From positions 7,119 to 71,118 of the forward strand of contig CAJOMG010000005.1 of assembly GCA_905235595.1 (NCBI GenBank): DNA of 64,000 nt, written 5' to 3'. The notes under the pieces are model-generated. The model was not told where the DNA came from. It saw only the letters and a list, made by a program, of their open reading frames with translations, and did not search any database. The DNA is from an uncultured Desulfovibrio sp. Its GTDB lineage: Bacteria; Desulfobacterota; Desulfovibrionia; Desulfovibrionales; Desulfovibrionaceae. Below are positions 1 through 8,766 of this stretch, piece by piece. Position numbers and translations under genes: made by a program. The stretch's first letter is position 1. Each line of letters opens with the position of its first letter.

Positions 1-765
1 CAGCTGCTTGCAAACGTTAATTCATGGAAAGACGTTGATGAAGCAGCAATCCTGGGTGATTTGGCCGCCCGCTACGGCTGGGAAGAAGAATTCGCATGGG
101 TGGATACCTACCTTAATAACCTACGTATGCCTTGGTATGCTATCGCCGGCAACCATGACTACGCCTATGTGAATAAAACAGACGAACCGGGGAAACTGAA
201 GCGCGGCACCTACGCCGAGAAGCAGGCAAAGCTGCTGGCCTTTACCAAGCGGTATCGCTTGCCGGGCGTATACTACGCCCGTAGTATCGGTAACTGTCGC
301 CTGCTCTATTTAGCCCCTGACGCCTGTAGTGATTTAAATGTGGAACTCTCCTCGGAGCAGCTTACCTGGCTGGAAAGAGAAATCTCCACCCACAGCCAAG
401 CCCCTATCCTGTTCTTTTGTCACGCCCCGCTGTTAGGCACACTGCGAAACTATCACAAAAGAATCAACACGCCTGGAACCACAGCGCAACCAGCAGATAA
501 GCTGTCCACCATTCTAGCTGCCTGCCCTAACGGGAGCCTCTGGCTGTCAGGCCACACCCACACTTCTGTCAGTAATGACAGCTTTGCAGATGACAGGGTA
601 AACCGTTATAACGCAAACTTGGTGAATATCCATAATACTACTCTGGACAGCCGCCATCTGTACACAAACTCCATATACCTCTACCCGGATAAAATTGTAA
701 TACGCACCTATGACCACACAAAAGGGAAGTGGCTAGACAATCTAGAACGAGTGTATCAGAGTTGA
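1..765 (+). CDS. Calcineurin-like metallophosphoesterase, 5' end runs off the window
   Basis: Frame is open from base 1 (QLLANVNSWKDVDEAAILGDL...). Metallophosphoesterase motifs GD, GNHD, HAP and GHTH are present in order. Confidence 0.85.
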   Translation, partial: QLLANVNSWKDVDEAAILGDLAARYGWEEEFAWVDTYLNNLRMPWYAIAGNHDYAYVNKTDEPGKLKRGTYAEKQAKLLAFTKRYRLPGVYYARSIGNCRLLYLAPDACSDLNVELSSEQLTWLEREISTHSQAPILFFCHAPLLGTLRNYHKRINTPGTTAQPADKLSTILAACPNGSLWLSGHTHTSVSNDSFADDRVNRYNANLVNIHNTTLDSRHLYTNSIYLYPDKIVIRTYDHTKGKWLDNLERVYQS

Positions 766-962
766 TGATAGGTGTGTTGCCACATATCAACTCGGTGGAA
801 TCATTTGAGCTAGTCTCGACTTGATCAGATAATCGGTTCCATTTTAAGGTGCCGTTTTATTAGTGTTCCTGCAAAAAATCAAAATCTTGGCATTTACGAT
901 CATTATGCAGCAGTCTTGAGCAGTGGGCTGCGTCTTCAAAGCCGCAATTCTTCTTCCAATAC

Positions 963-995
963 AAAAGCGACCATGCAAGGTGCACGGTCGCTTTT
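963..995. terminator. Bidirectional intrinsic terminator-like hairpin
   Basis: AAAAGCGACC-N13-GGTCGCTTTT between two convergent genes. Confidence 0.65.
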
Positions 996-1057
996 AGCTT
1001 GAGGATTTACTTATTAAACCTTACAGCCCCTTTGAATACTATGCGGTTCGCGGGTAA

Positions 1058-2836
1058 TTACGCTCGCTTGGTTACCGGGATTTGAAGATATGAATCATAC
1101 TTCCCGCCTGCGTGTATGACGAGGCTTCCCTTGTTGTCCGGGTCATACCTCTTGACGGTCGGCATCATGCTTCCCGTGATATTTTGAGTACTGACAATGA
1201 CTCTCAGGCTCTCGCCGGGATAGAGGACGAGACCTATTGGGTCAAGAGGAAACTCGGCCGGCACTATTTCGCCCGGAGACAGCGGCTCGCTCCTGTCGAA
1301 GGAATAATACGGATTCACGTCCGTTGAGAGATTTTCATCAAGGTGCCTCATGGAAAGCCTTAAGACAGCCCATGTTCCAGAATACCTTAAAACGGTGGAG
1401 CCCCAATCCGTCGCATCATAGATTCTTGCGGAATGGTTCGGAACATTGAACTGCTTCAGCTCATGGCCGAACTTATCCAGCTTTTGGACGAGAACGAAGA
1501 CGTCCATATCATCCGTATCCTTTGTTTCAAGCCAAAGCTTCAGCTTGGGATATCCGACCATTTCGGTCTTTTCCTTCGCCGTGAAAATAAACGAGACCAA
1601 CGGCATCAACGGTACGCGGTACTGCCCCGGCATCTCCGAGGGAATATCGACGGGTGTCGGCTCGTTCGACAAAATGCGAGTGCCGCCGTTAAGATAGAAC
1701 TTTTCATAGGTGGTTCCGGCCGGAGGGAACGTATCGGCCGCGATTCCTTCCACATCGCCTCCCTCCAGATCCTGTATGGTATATCTGACGGGAGGGGTCT
1801 TCTCCCAGCCGTTGTCAATCCCCTTTAAATAGTGGTCGAAGAATTTGAGACGCTCCCTTTGGTTTTCTTCCTTGTAATAGTCCGGCCATTCCTGACTGTC
1901 ATGTATTCTCAGCCATTTTTCCTTGCTGCCAAGGTTTCTCCACGCCCTAAAGGTGCCGTTCGTATGGAGCGCATTCGTATAGCTCGCGACGACGAGGGCG
2001 GGACATTCTATTTTTTCGGGATGCGCAACCTTGTCTTCCCAGATGGGAGCGTCCGCGAAAGGATAAACCATCGTTTCCGTGGCTATATCCTCACGTTTAT
2101 GAGGCCTTCCCGAGTGAACGTGGTTTACATCGCTCAGCATCTTCATGAAGTCAGGATCAGGTATTCCTCCGCGTTTACACCAGTCACGGTATGCGTCCAT
2201 GAGCCCCTCGGTCGGATTGATGCAGGCAAGGTGAGGGGGTCTCTGCGCAGCTATGAACCATTGGGTCATAGCCAAATAGGAGGTCCCGCTGAGGGCAAGC
2301 TTTCCGTTGCACCACTCTTGTTTGGCAAGCCACTCGATGTAGTCGTAGCAGTCCTCCCCTTCCTGCGAGCCCAGCATCACCACGTCTCCTTCGCTATGAA
2401 CAATACCTCTGGGATCAGGATGGCAAATGGCATAGCCCTCCTTGCACCACCACGCGGGGTCTGGACCCTCAAATTTCTGCAAACCCGAAACGTCGCTGTC
2501 AGGTATCCCGACCAAACTGAAAATACCTGCGTATCTTCGAGCGTTCCCGCTGCTTTTTCCATAGGGGCTCCATGCGATTATCCCGGGAACCTTCTCATCC
2601 GTGACCGGACGCAGTATGTCGGTATACATCGTAACGCCATCACGCATCTTGAGCGGGACGTCCTTTTCGAGGATGATGTCACATTCAAGCGACTTGAACC
2701 TTGGGGCAAGTTGAAATCCTTTTTTCAGAACTCTGGTACCGGGTTCGAACTTGGCAAGCATTCCGTGGGTTACACCGTCGTCCACAAATTCGACAGTCTT
2801 CTTGAAAATCATCATTTCCTTTGCTTTATTATCCAT
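1058..2836 (-). CDS. CocE/NonD family hydrolase (peptidase S15-like alpha/beta hydrolase with C-terminal jelly-roll)
   Basis: Motifs MRDGVTMYTDILRP, WSPYGK, DPRGIVHSEG and nucleophile elbow GTSY. RBS AAAGGAG upstream. Confidence 0.88.
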   Translation of the reverse strand: MDNKAKEMMIFKKTVEFVDDGVTHGMLAKFEPGTRVLKKGFQLAPRFKSLECDIILEKDVPLKMRDGVTMYTDILRPVTDEKVPGIIAWSPYGKSSGNARRYAGIFSLVGIPDSDVSGLQKFEGPDPAWWCKEGYAICHPDPRGIVHSEGDVVMLGSQEGEDCYDYIEWLAKQEWCNGKLALSGTSYLAMTQWFIAAQRPPHLACINPTEGLMDAYRDWCKRGGIPDPDFMKMLSDVNHVHSGRPHKREDIATETMVYPFADAPIWEDKVAHPEKIECPALVVASYTNALHTNGTFRAWRNLGSKEKWLRIHDSQEWPDYYKEENQRERLKFFDHYLKGIDNGWEKTPPVRYTIQDLEGGDVEGIAADTFPPAGTTYEKFYLNGGTRILSNEPTPVDIPSEMPGQYRVPLMPLVSFIFTAKEKTEMVGYPKLKLWLETKDTDDMDVFVLVQKLDKFGHELKQFNVPNHSARIYDATDWGSTVLRYSGTWAVLRLSMRHLDENLSTDVNPYYSFDRSEPLSPGEIVPAEFPLDPIGLVLYPGESLRVIVSTQNITGSMMPTVKRYDPDNKGSLVIHAGGKYDSYLQIPVTKRA

Positions 2837-2875
2837 TGGGAATCTCCTTTATGTCCGGTCAATGGCATATTTATG

Positions 2876-2937
2876 GCCCCAGTTGTTAAACAGTCCCCGC
2901 CGCTTTTATAGCTTGGGTGCTGTTTAACAAACGGGGC
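2876..2937. repeat. 62-nt imperfect palindrome (23-bp arms, 19/23 match, 16-nt loop)
   Basis: GCCCCAGTTGTTAAACAGTCCCC ... GGGTGCTGTTTAACAAACGGGGC. Confidence 0.75.
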
Positions 2938-3089
2938 ACCTCAGAGCAAGGGTCGGACCGTCTATGCTAAACCCCGATTATTCCCATGGTAACATAGAAG
3001 ACCGAATGTCTGATTGGGAAGCATAGTGCGGATTTCATCAAGGGCACAGGGAAAAGATCCCTACAAGATGCCGAAGACATGGATTGCAT

Positions 3090-3262
3090 TCGATTCGAAG
3101 CAAAAAAGTCTTGACGCGGGGCAGGGACTAGACATGGGAAAAAAGTGTGTTATGAAAACTCATGTCCAAAATCTCCTTGTGTAACAATTAGTTGTAATGA
3201 ATTCTTGTAACACATTTTAGTGAGATTTTGAGCATTTTTAGTTCGTTAGCCGGACAGACATG
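3090..3262 (-). mobile_element. Decayed left end of an IS4-family-like (DUF4372-type) element
   Basis: Minus strand reads CATGTCTGTCCGGCTAA (IS4-like end), then an AT-rich promoter zone, RBS AAGGAG, and MSFHNTLFSHV*SL-PRQDF with a stop and a frameshift. This resembles from memory the N-terminus of DUF4372 IS4 transposases. Confidence 0.45.
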
Positions 3263-3433
3263 CAAAAACTATTGATCATAAAAACCCCGTAGTATTATTG
3301 ACAATAGTTCCATTTCTCACTGTGCCTGAGCTACGTTACACATGTTATGATGCCACCACACTTGAGCACATGTAGCGATGAACATGTAGCAAAAACACTA
3401 TGAAACCTGTAATACTTTCATGGAGTCAACACT

Positions 3434-3976
3434 ATGCCCCAAAACGTCCTCATCATTTCCACAAGTCCTCGCAAGAACAGTAATTCAGATGCGTTAGCCG
3501 AGGCTTTCGCAGAAGGAGCCCGAAGCGCTGGACATCGCGTGGAAATAATCAGCCTGCGTGACAAAACCATTAACTTCTGTAAGGGATGCCTAACCTGTCA
3601 GAAGACACACCGTTGCATACAGCACGACGATGCTGACACCATAGCACAAAAGATGCTCTTTGCGGATGTGCTCTGCTTTGCTACACCTGTTTACTATTAT
3701 GCTGTGTGCGGACAAATGAAGACCATGCTGGATAGGGCCAATCCCCTCTTTTCAGCAAACTATGCATTCCGCAAAGTATACCTGCTGGCGACGGCAGCTG
3801 ATGAAACTCCCTCAGCCATGGATGGAGTTCTCAAAGATATGGAAGGTTGGGTGGCCTGCTTCCCTGAATGTCGCATCGCTGGCATGGTGCGTGGCACAGG
3901 CGTAATCAATGCGGGCGACATCAAAAGTAAAATAATGCTGTTACGAGAAAGCTACGAACTCGGCCACGATTGTTGA
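3434..3976 (+). CDS. Flavodoxin-like / iron-sulfur flavoprotein (NADPH-dependent FMN reductase family)
   Basis: STSPRKNSNS FMN loop, CKGCLTCQKTHRC (CX2CX2CX5C), ATPVYYY, LKTMLDR-like helix. Confidence 0.85.
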   Translation: MPQNVLIISTSPRKNSNSDALAEAFAEGARSAGHRVEIISLRDKTINFCKGCLTCQKTHRCIQHDDADTIAQKMLFADVLCFATPVYYYAVCGQMKTMLDRANPLFSANYAFRKVYLLATAADETPSAMDGVLKDMEGWVACFPECRIAGMVRGTGVINAGDIKSKIMLLRESYELGHDC

Positions 3977-4018
3977 CAGGAATCTGAGTTTATTTCCATC
4001 ATGGCAGAAGGAGGCAAT

Positions 4019-5119
4019 ATGAACATTTCCCGACGTACTTTCGTCAAAGGCGTGACCGCTACTGTTGGCGCAGCATCTGTAGGAGTACTACCCGGGCAGG
4101 CAGCAGAAGGAGACAATATCACAAATGGTGTGCCACCTGTGGCGGCAACCGATGGTGATATCTATATCCCCTATACGCAACGAAAAGGGGACGAATCCAT
4201 CGTTTGGTTTACCCGCGACCTGTCTGCTGCGGGCCTGCAAAAAATATTCGCCAAGGTCGGCAATGCTCTCACTGGAAAGATCGCCATCAAACTACATACT
4301 GGCGAGAAAAATGGACCCAACATCATCCCACGTCCGTGGGTGCAGGAACTGATTGCCAAGAATTTGCCTGGCGCAACTATTGTGGAAACGAATGCCTACT
4401 ATATGGGCGACCGCTACACCACGGCACAACACCGCGACACACTTAAAATCAACGGCTGGAACTTCGCCCCAGTGGACATCTTGGACGAGCATGGCACAGT
4501 CATGCTGCCTGTCAAGGATGGCAAATGGTTCACTGAAATGAGCGTGGGCAAAGGGCTGTTGACATATAATTCCCTGCTGGCACTTACACATTTCAAGGGC
4601 CATACAATGGGCGGCTTTGGCGGTTCAGACAAAAATATCGGCATCGGCTGTGCTGATGGCCGCATTGGTAAGGCCATGATTCACACGCACAAGGGTAAGG
4701 GCCAGTGGAGTATCACAGCCGAGGAATTCATGGAGCGCATGACGGAATCCACCAAGGCAACGGTGGACCATTTTTCCCCACATATCGCTTTTATCAATGT
4801 CCTTCGTAACATGTCCGTTTCCTGTGACTGCGAGGGTGTGGCTGCCCAGCCCGTGGTGACGCCCAATATCGGCATTGTCGCTTCGTTGGATATTCTGGCA
4901 GCTGACCAAGCCTCTGTTGATTTGGTTATGGCCCTTTCTGAAAAAGACCGCTCTGCCCTCGCTGAACGTATGAGCAGCCGCCACGGCTTCCGCCAGTTGA
5001 CCTACATGAAGGAACTGGGAATGGGCAATGACCGCTACCGGCTGCTGGATATGGATAATGGTGACACGCGCATTCTGCCCAAGAATGCCGTAGCCGACGT
5101 GAAGCCATTTACAGGCTAA
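4019..5119 (+). CDS. DUF362 family protein with twin-arginine (Tat) signal peptide
   Basis: RBS GAAGGAGG before ATG 4019. SRRTFVKG Tat motif. IKLHTGE, HFKGHTMGGFGGSDKNIGIGCA and SCDC motifs. Confidence 0.8.
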   Translation: MNISRRTFVKGVTATVGAASVGVLPGQAAEGDNITNGVPPVAATDGDIYIPYTQRKGDESIVWFTRDLSAAGLQKIFAKVGNALTGKIAIKLHTGEKNGPNIIPRPWVQELIAKNLPGATIVETNAYYMGDRYTTAQHRDTLKINGWNFAPVDILDEHGTVMLPVKDGKWFTEMSVGKGLLTYNSLLALTHFKGHTMGGFGGSDKNIGIGCADGRIGKAMIHTHKGKGQWSITAEEFMERMTESTKATVDHFSPHIAFINVLRNMSVSCDCEGVAAQPVVTPNIGIVASLDILAADQASVDLVMALSEKDRSALAERMSSRHGFRQLTYMKELGMGNDRYRLLDMDNGDTRILPKNAVADVKPFTG

Positions 5120-5141
5120 CCGATCCCACTGCACATATGAA

Positions 5142-5163
5142 GACCGCCCTATTAAGGGCGGTC
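5142..5163 (+). terminator. Hairpin downstream of the DUF362 gene
   Basis: GACCGCCCT-ATTA-AGGGCGGTC, perfect 9-bp stem with a weak U-tract. Confidence 0.5.
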
Positions 5164-5279
5164 AGCTTCAGTCTATGACGCAGCACTGATGCAATCAGCA
5201 ACAGGGGATGAGATTTATGCAGCAGAATACTTTCCCTTACGAACTTGCCTGGGCTGTTTAGATAACAGAAGATAGAATT

Positions 5280-5684
5280 TTACACACACGGCTGTAGACA
5301 AGCCAATTCTTCGAGTAAATGCGCATCGGCAGGCAAAAAACCAAGTTCTAATGCTTCCTCTGGCGTCACCCAACGTACATTCTGCCCCTCCTTGCCACAG
5401 GGTTCCCCTGTAAAGGCCGTAACATGAAAAAAATGCAGAAGTACGGAAAAACCGCGTTCAGAATAATCATGTTCCAGATTTTTCCAGAACAGAGCCTTGC
5501 GTATGCTAATGCCTAACTCTTCTGCTAGTTCTCGATGCAAGGCCTCCAAGGCGTTTTCAGCACCTTCCAGCTTGCCTCCGGGGAATTCCCAAAATCCCTC
5601 CATAGGGGAACCTGTACGACGCTGCGCCGCCAAAAAACACCCTTTGCGCCAAATGATGCCCGCTGCCACTTCGATATGCCGCAT
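5280..5684 (-). CDS. mutT: 8-oxo-dGTP diphosphatase (NUDIX hydrolase)
   Basis: Nudix box WEFPGGKLEGAENALEALHRELAEELG. C-terminal FLPAD. Confidence 0.85.
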   Translation of the reverse strand: MRHIEVAAGIIWRKGCFLAAQRRTGSPMEGFWEFPGGKLEGAENALEALHRELAEELGISIRKALFWKNLEHDYSERGFSVLLHFFHVTAFTGEPCGKEGQNVRWVTPEEALELGFLPADAHLLEELACLQPCV

Positions 5685-5704
5685 AGTGTCTCCGATACAT
5701 TGCG

Positions 5705-7699
5705 CTATTGCGAAAGGAGTGTAGATTTTTTTCTTATAGCATCCATGCGTGCTTCAAGGGCTGTCATCTCATCCAACAAATCCTCACTGCGCTGTTTACA
5801 GCTTTCAAAAATCTTAAGCAGTTCGCTGGAACGGACATGGTTAGCATATACTTCAGGATCAGTCAGTTGCAATTCAGCCTCACTCTGCTCTTCCATTACC
5901 CGGGTTAGATCCATTTCCAGGGTTGCATATCGCTCCTGAAACGGCTTCAATTCCTTATGCAGGGCATTCCGTTTTTCTGCCTGTTCACGTTTGACACGTT
6001 TCTGCTCATCTCGTGACAGCGGCTGCACAGCAACAACAGATTCCCTCATTTCCTCCCGATCCAGGGGGATTACAGATGCTCTGTCGCCACTAGCACTAGC
6101 CACAGCACGCCGTTGAACATCATAAGCAGCAAAATTGGCATGAACAGTCAACCCTTTGCTACTCAACTCCCAGATTTCGGCCCCCACCTGTGAAAGCAGC
6201 CAACGGTCATGAGCAACCATCAATAGCGTACCAGAAAACTTTTGGAGAGCTGTTGCCAATGCCTCACGGCTTTCCAAATCCAGATGGTTGGTTGGTTCAT
6301 CCAACACAAGAAAATTGCAACGTTTCAGAAAAAGCGAGGCCAGTACAAGGCGGCTTTTCTCCCCACCGGAAAGTGCCCCTACCTGCCTATCAAAAAACTC
6401 CTGCCCAAGCAAAAAAAGGCCCAGCACGCTCATGAGTTCTTCTTCTGTAGTGTGGGGGTCAGAAAGACGACGTATTTCACCAAGCACCGTAGTATCAGGA
6501 CGAAGAGTTTCCATCTGATGCTGTGTGTAATAACCCATACGCATCTGCGAAGCAGTGACCATGTTGCCGCCACAGCGCTCGAGCGTGCCCGCCAACAGCT
6601 TGAGCAACGTGGACTTACCACTGCCATTGTGCCCTACAAGAGCCACTCGCTGTCCCCGATACAAGGTAAAAGTAAGTGGCGGCCACATAGACTTACCGTC
6701 AGGAAAACGAAAGGCAAGATCGGCTGCAGCCACGACAATCTTTTCTGAATGCGGAGCCTCTGGCCAAGTGAAATGCAATTCCTTACGTTTTGGCTCCGGT
6801 CGATAGTCCTCCAGCTCTTTCTCCAACTTTTTAGCCATCTTCTGTCGAGATCCGGCCTGACGAGCCTTGGTGGCCTTGGCGCGGAAACGTTCCACAAAAG
6901 CCATTTTACGTTCTAATTCGTCTCGCAAAGCACGGGCTTCACGTTCACGCTGCTGGTTGTATTCCTCCTGCTGGCGCAGGAATTGTGTATAGGTAACCTT
7001 ACGAAAGACCGGACGGGAAAGCCCCAAATAGAGGACATGCGTACCAACATTATCCATAAATACCCGGTCATGCGCCACAAAAACCAAGGCACCGTTAAAG
7101 CCCAACAAAAACGACTCAAGCCATTCTACCGCCTCCACATCCAAATGGTTAGTGGGTTCATCAAGCAGCAATACATCAGCCCCAGCCGTGAGCACACGGG
7201 CCAGTTTTGCACGTTCTCGCCAACCGCCAGAGAGTTGCCGCAATGTACGTCCCCACTTTTGCTCGCTGAAACCAAGGCCTGTAAGTACAGCCTTGGCGCG
7301 ATGCTCAGGATTATAACCGTAAAGAGCCTCTAACTCACTCTGCCGATGCATGAGTTCAGATAAGCGTGTAGCATCCTCGTGCGCGGCCGCGTCTTCCCAT
7401 TGAGCCCAAAAATCGTTCCAGTCATGCAGCACATCAAGTACGTAGGTCAACAAAGGGGTATCCAGTATATTTTCCGAAAATTCCTGCTCTACATAGCCTA
7501 AACGACAAGTACGTGGCAGTATAACCCGACCACCGTCTGGATTTTCCACTCCAGCCAGTAGGCGCAACAGTGTTGACTTTCCCGTACCATTAGGACCACA
7601 TACACACAGGCGCACTCCGGAATCAACTTCCAGAGAAAAATTGCTAAAGATATCTCGCCCACCAAAGGATTTAGATAGTTCCTGAATGGTGATTTTCAC
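5705..7699 (-). CDS. ABC-F family ATPase (YheS/Uup-like)
   Basis: Two ABC domains (GPNGTGKST, GHNGSGKST; LSGG; LLLDEPTNHLD twice), inter-domain linker, C-terminal coiled coil, no transmembrane segments. Confidence 0.92.
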   Translation of the reverse strand: MKITIQELSKSFGGRDIFSNFSLEVDSGVRLCVCGPNGTGKSTLLRLLAGVENPDGGRVILPRTCRLGYVEQEFSENILDTPLLTYVLDVLHDWNDFWAQWEDAAAHEDATRLSELMHRQSELEALYGYNPEHRAKAVLTGLGFSEQKWGRTLRQLSGGWRERAKLARVLTAGADVLLLDEPTNHLDVEAVEWLESFLLGFNGALVFVAHDRVFMDNVGTHVLYLGLSRPVFRKVTYTQFLRQQEEYNQQREREARALRDELERKMAFVERFRAKATKARQAGSRQKMAKKLEKELEDYRPEPKRKELHFTWPEAPHSEKIVVAAADLAFRFPDGKSMWPPLTFTLYRGQRVALVGHNGSGKSTLLKLLAGTLERCGGNMVTASQMRMGYYTQHQMETLRPDTTVLGEIRRLSDPHTTEEELMSVLGLFLLGQEFFDRQVGALSGGEKSRLVLASLFLKRCNFLVLDEPTNHLDLESREALATALQKFSGTLLMVAHDRWLLSQVGAEIWELSSKGLTVHANFAAYDVQRRAVASASGDRASVIPLDREEMRESVVAVQPLSRDEQKRVKREQAEKRNALHKELKPFQERYATLEMDLTRVMEEQSEAELQLTDPEVYANHVRSSELLKIFESCKQRSEDLLDEMTALEARMDAIRKKSTLLSQ

Positions 7700-8766
7700 A
7701 ACAATCCCTCACGGACATAGCCTTGTGCTGCTTCCAGCAGGCCGTCTTCCAGAGTGACGTGCGGCGTGAACCCCAATTCGTGACAAATGCGACTGCCTTC
7801 AGACAGCCATCCTTTCTGACAGGCCTCCCGGTATTTGTCTAAATTCCATTCAGGGGCACGTCGCAGTCCGTGGCCGTTCAAACGTCGGCACAAGATATCA
7901 GCCGCAAGCCCATATGCCGTTGAAAGCACGGCAGTAACGGCCATAATTGGTAAAGGGATGCGTAGAACACGCACAGTTTGCACTTCTCGACCCAAGGCAT
8001 GAGCCACAGCCTTCCCCATGGCTTCACAAAAGGAGGCCATTGTGTGTATTTGCCCATCGTTGAGATGATAAACGCCGCAGGCTTTGGGATGACAGGCACA
8101 AAGCACGGCACGAGCCATATCGTCCACATGTATGACACTTACGGGAAAGTCTCGCCCCCAGCCGGGACTTACAGCTATATTGTGTTTAACGCCGCGAAAT
8201 ACGGGTAAAAGCCCCTTATCCCCCGACCCATAGATAATGGGCGGCCGAAGCGTAACTAGACGGTCTCCCAAGGCATGCCCCAAAATCTGTTCCACAAGGA
8301 GTTTAGACCAGCCATACGCAGAAACCGGTGCAGGAGAGGTTGCTTCATTTGCACCGGGAGGAATCGCACAGGGGCCAGTAGCGGCTAAACTGGAAAGAAG
8401 AATGAAACGGGTATTGCCCTCCTTTCTTGTACATGCCTCGGACAAACGAAGAGCAGCCAATGCATTGGCACGCAGATACTCCTGCCAGCCCACACCAAAA
8501 AGCAAGGCCGCCATGTGAATAACCACATCCTTGCCATCAAGGACCTCAGCCAACCCTTCTCCCGTAGACAAGTCAGCCTGAACAACAGTAACATCTTTAG
8601 GTAAACGCGAAGTATCTGATGAGGCGCGGGTTAAACAAGTAACGACCGCCCCTGATGCCAGCAATTCTGGTAACAGGTGACGCCCCACAAAACCAGTCCC
8701 CCCCGTCAGCAAAACCTGCTTACCCGATAGATACTCCAAGGTATTTGTCACATGCGTCGCGCTCAT
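7696..8766 (-). CDS. NAD-dependent epimerase/dehydratase (extended SDR), ceramide-reductase-like candidate
   Basis: TGGTGFVG, SSLAA, YGWSK (YxxxK), RPPIIYGSGD. ATGA overlap with the upstream gene. Confidence 0.85.
   Translation of the reverse strand: MSATHVTNTLEYLSGKQVLLTGGTGFVGRHLLPELLASGAVVTCLTRASSDTSRLPKDVTVVQADLSTGEGLAEVLDGKDVVIHMAALLFGVGWQEYLRANALAALRLSEACTRKEGNTRFILLSSLAATGPCAIPPGANEATSPAPVSAYGWSKLLVEQILGHALGDRLVTLRPPIIYGSGDKGLLPVFRGVKHNIAVSPGWGRDFPVSVIHVDDMARAVLCACHPKACGVYHLNDGQIHTMASFCEAMGKAVAHALGREVQTVRVLRIPLPIMAVTAVLSTAYGLAADILCRRLNGHGLRRAPEWNLDKYREACQKGWLSEGSRICHELGFTPHVTLEDGLLEAAQGYVREGLL

Noticed and set aside
850-960. Possible IS end (TTAGTGTTCCTGCAAAA) and transposase C-terminal fragment
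   Set aside because: No partner repeat and too short to support by eye
1832-2911. 359-aa plus-strand ORF
   Set aside because: Antisense shadow of the CocE gene with no protein motifs
5164-5262. Mini-ORF MQQNTFPYELAWAV with RBS, and IS-end-like CAGCTTCAGTCT
   Set aside because: Only 14 codons and a weak resemblance. May be a gene remnant but cannot be assigned.
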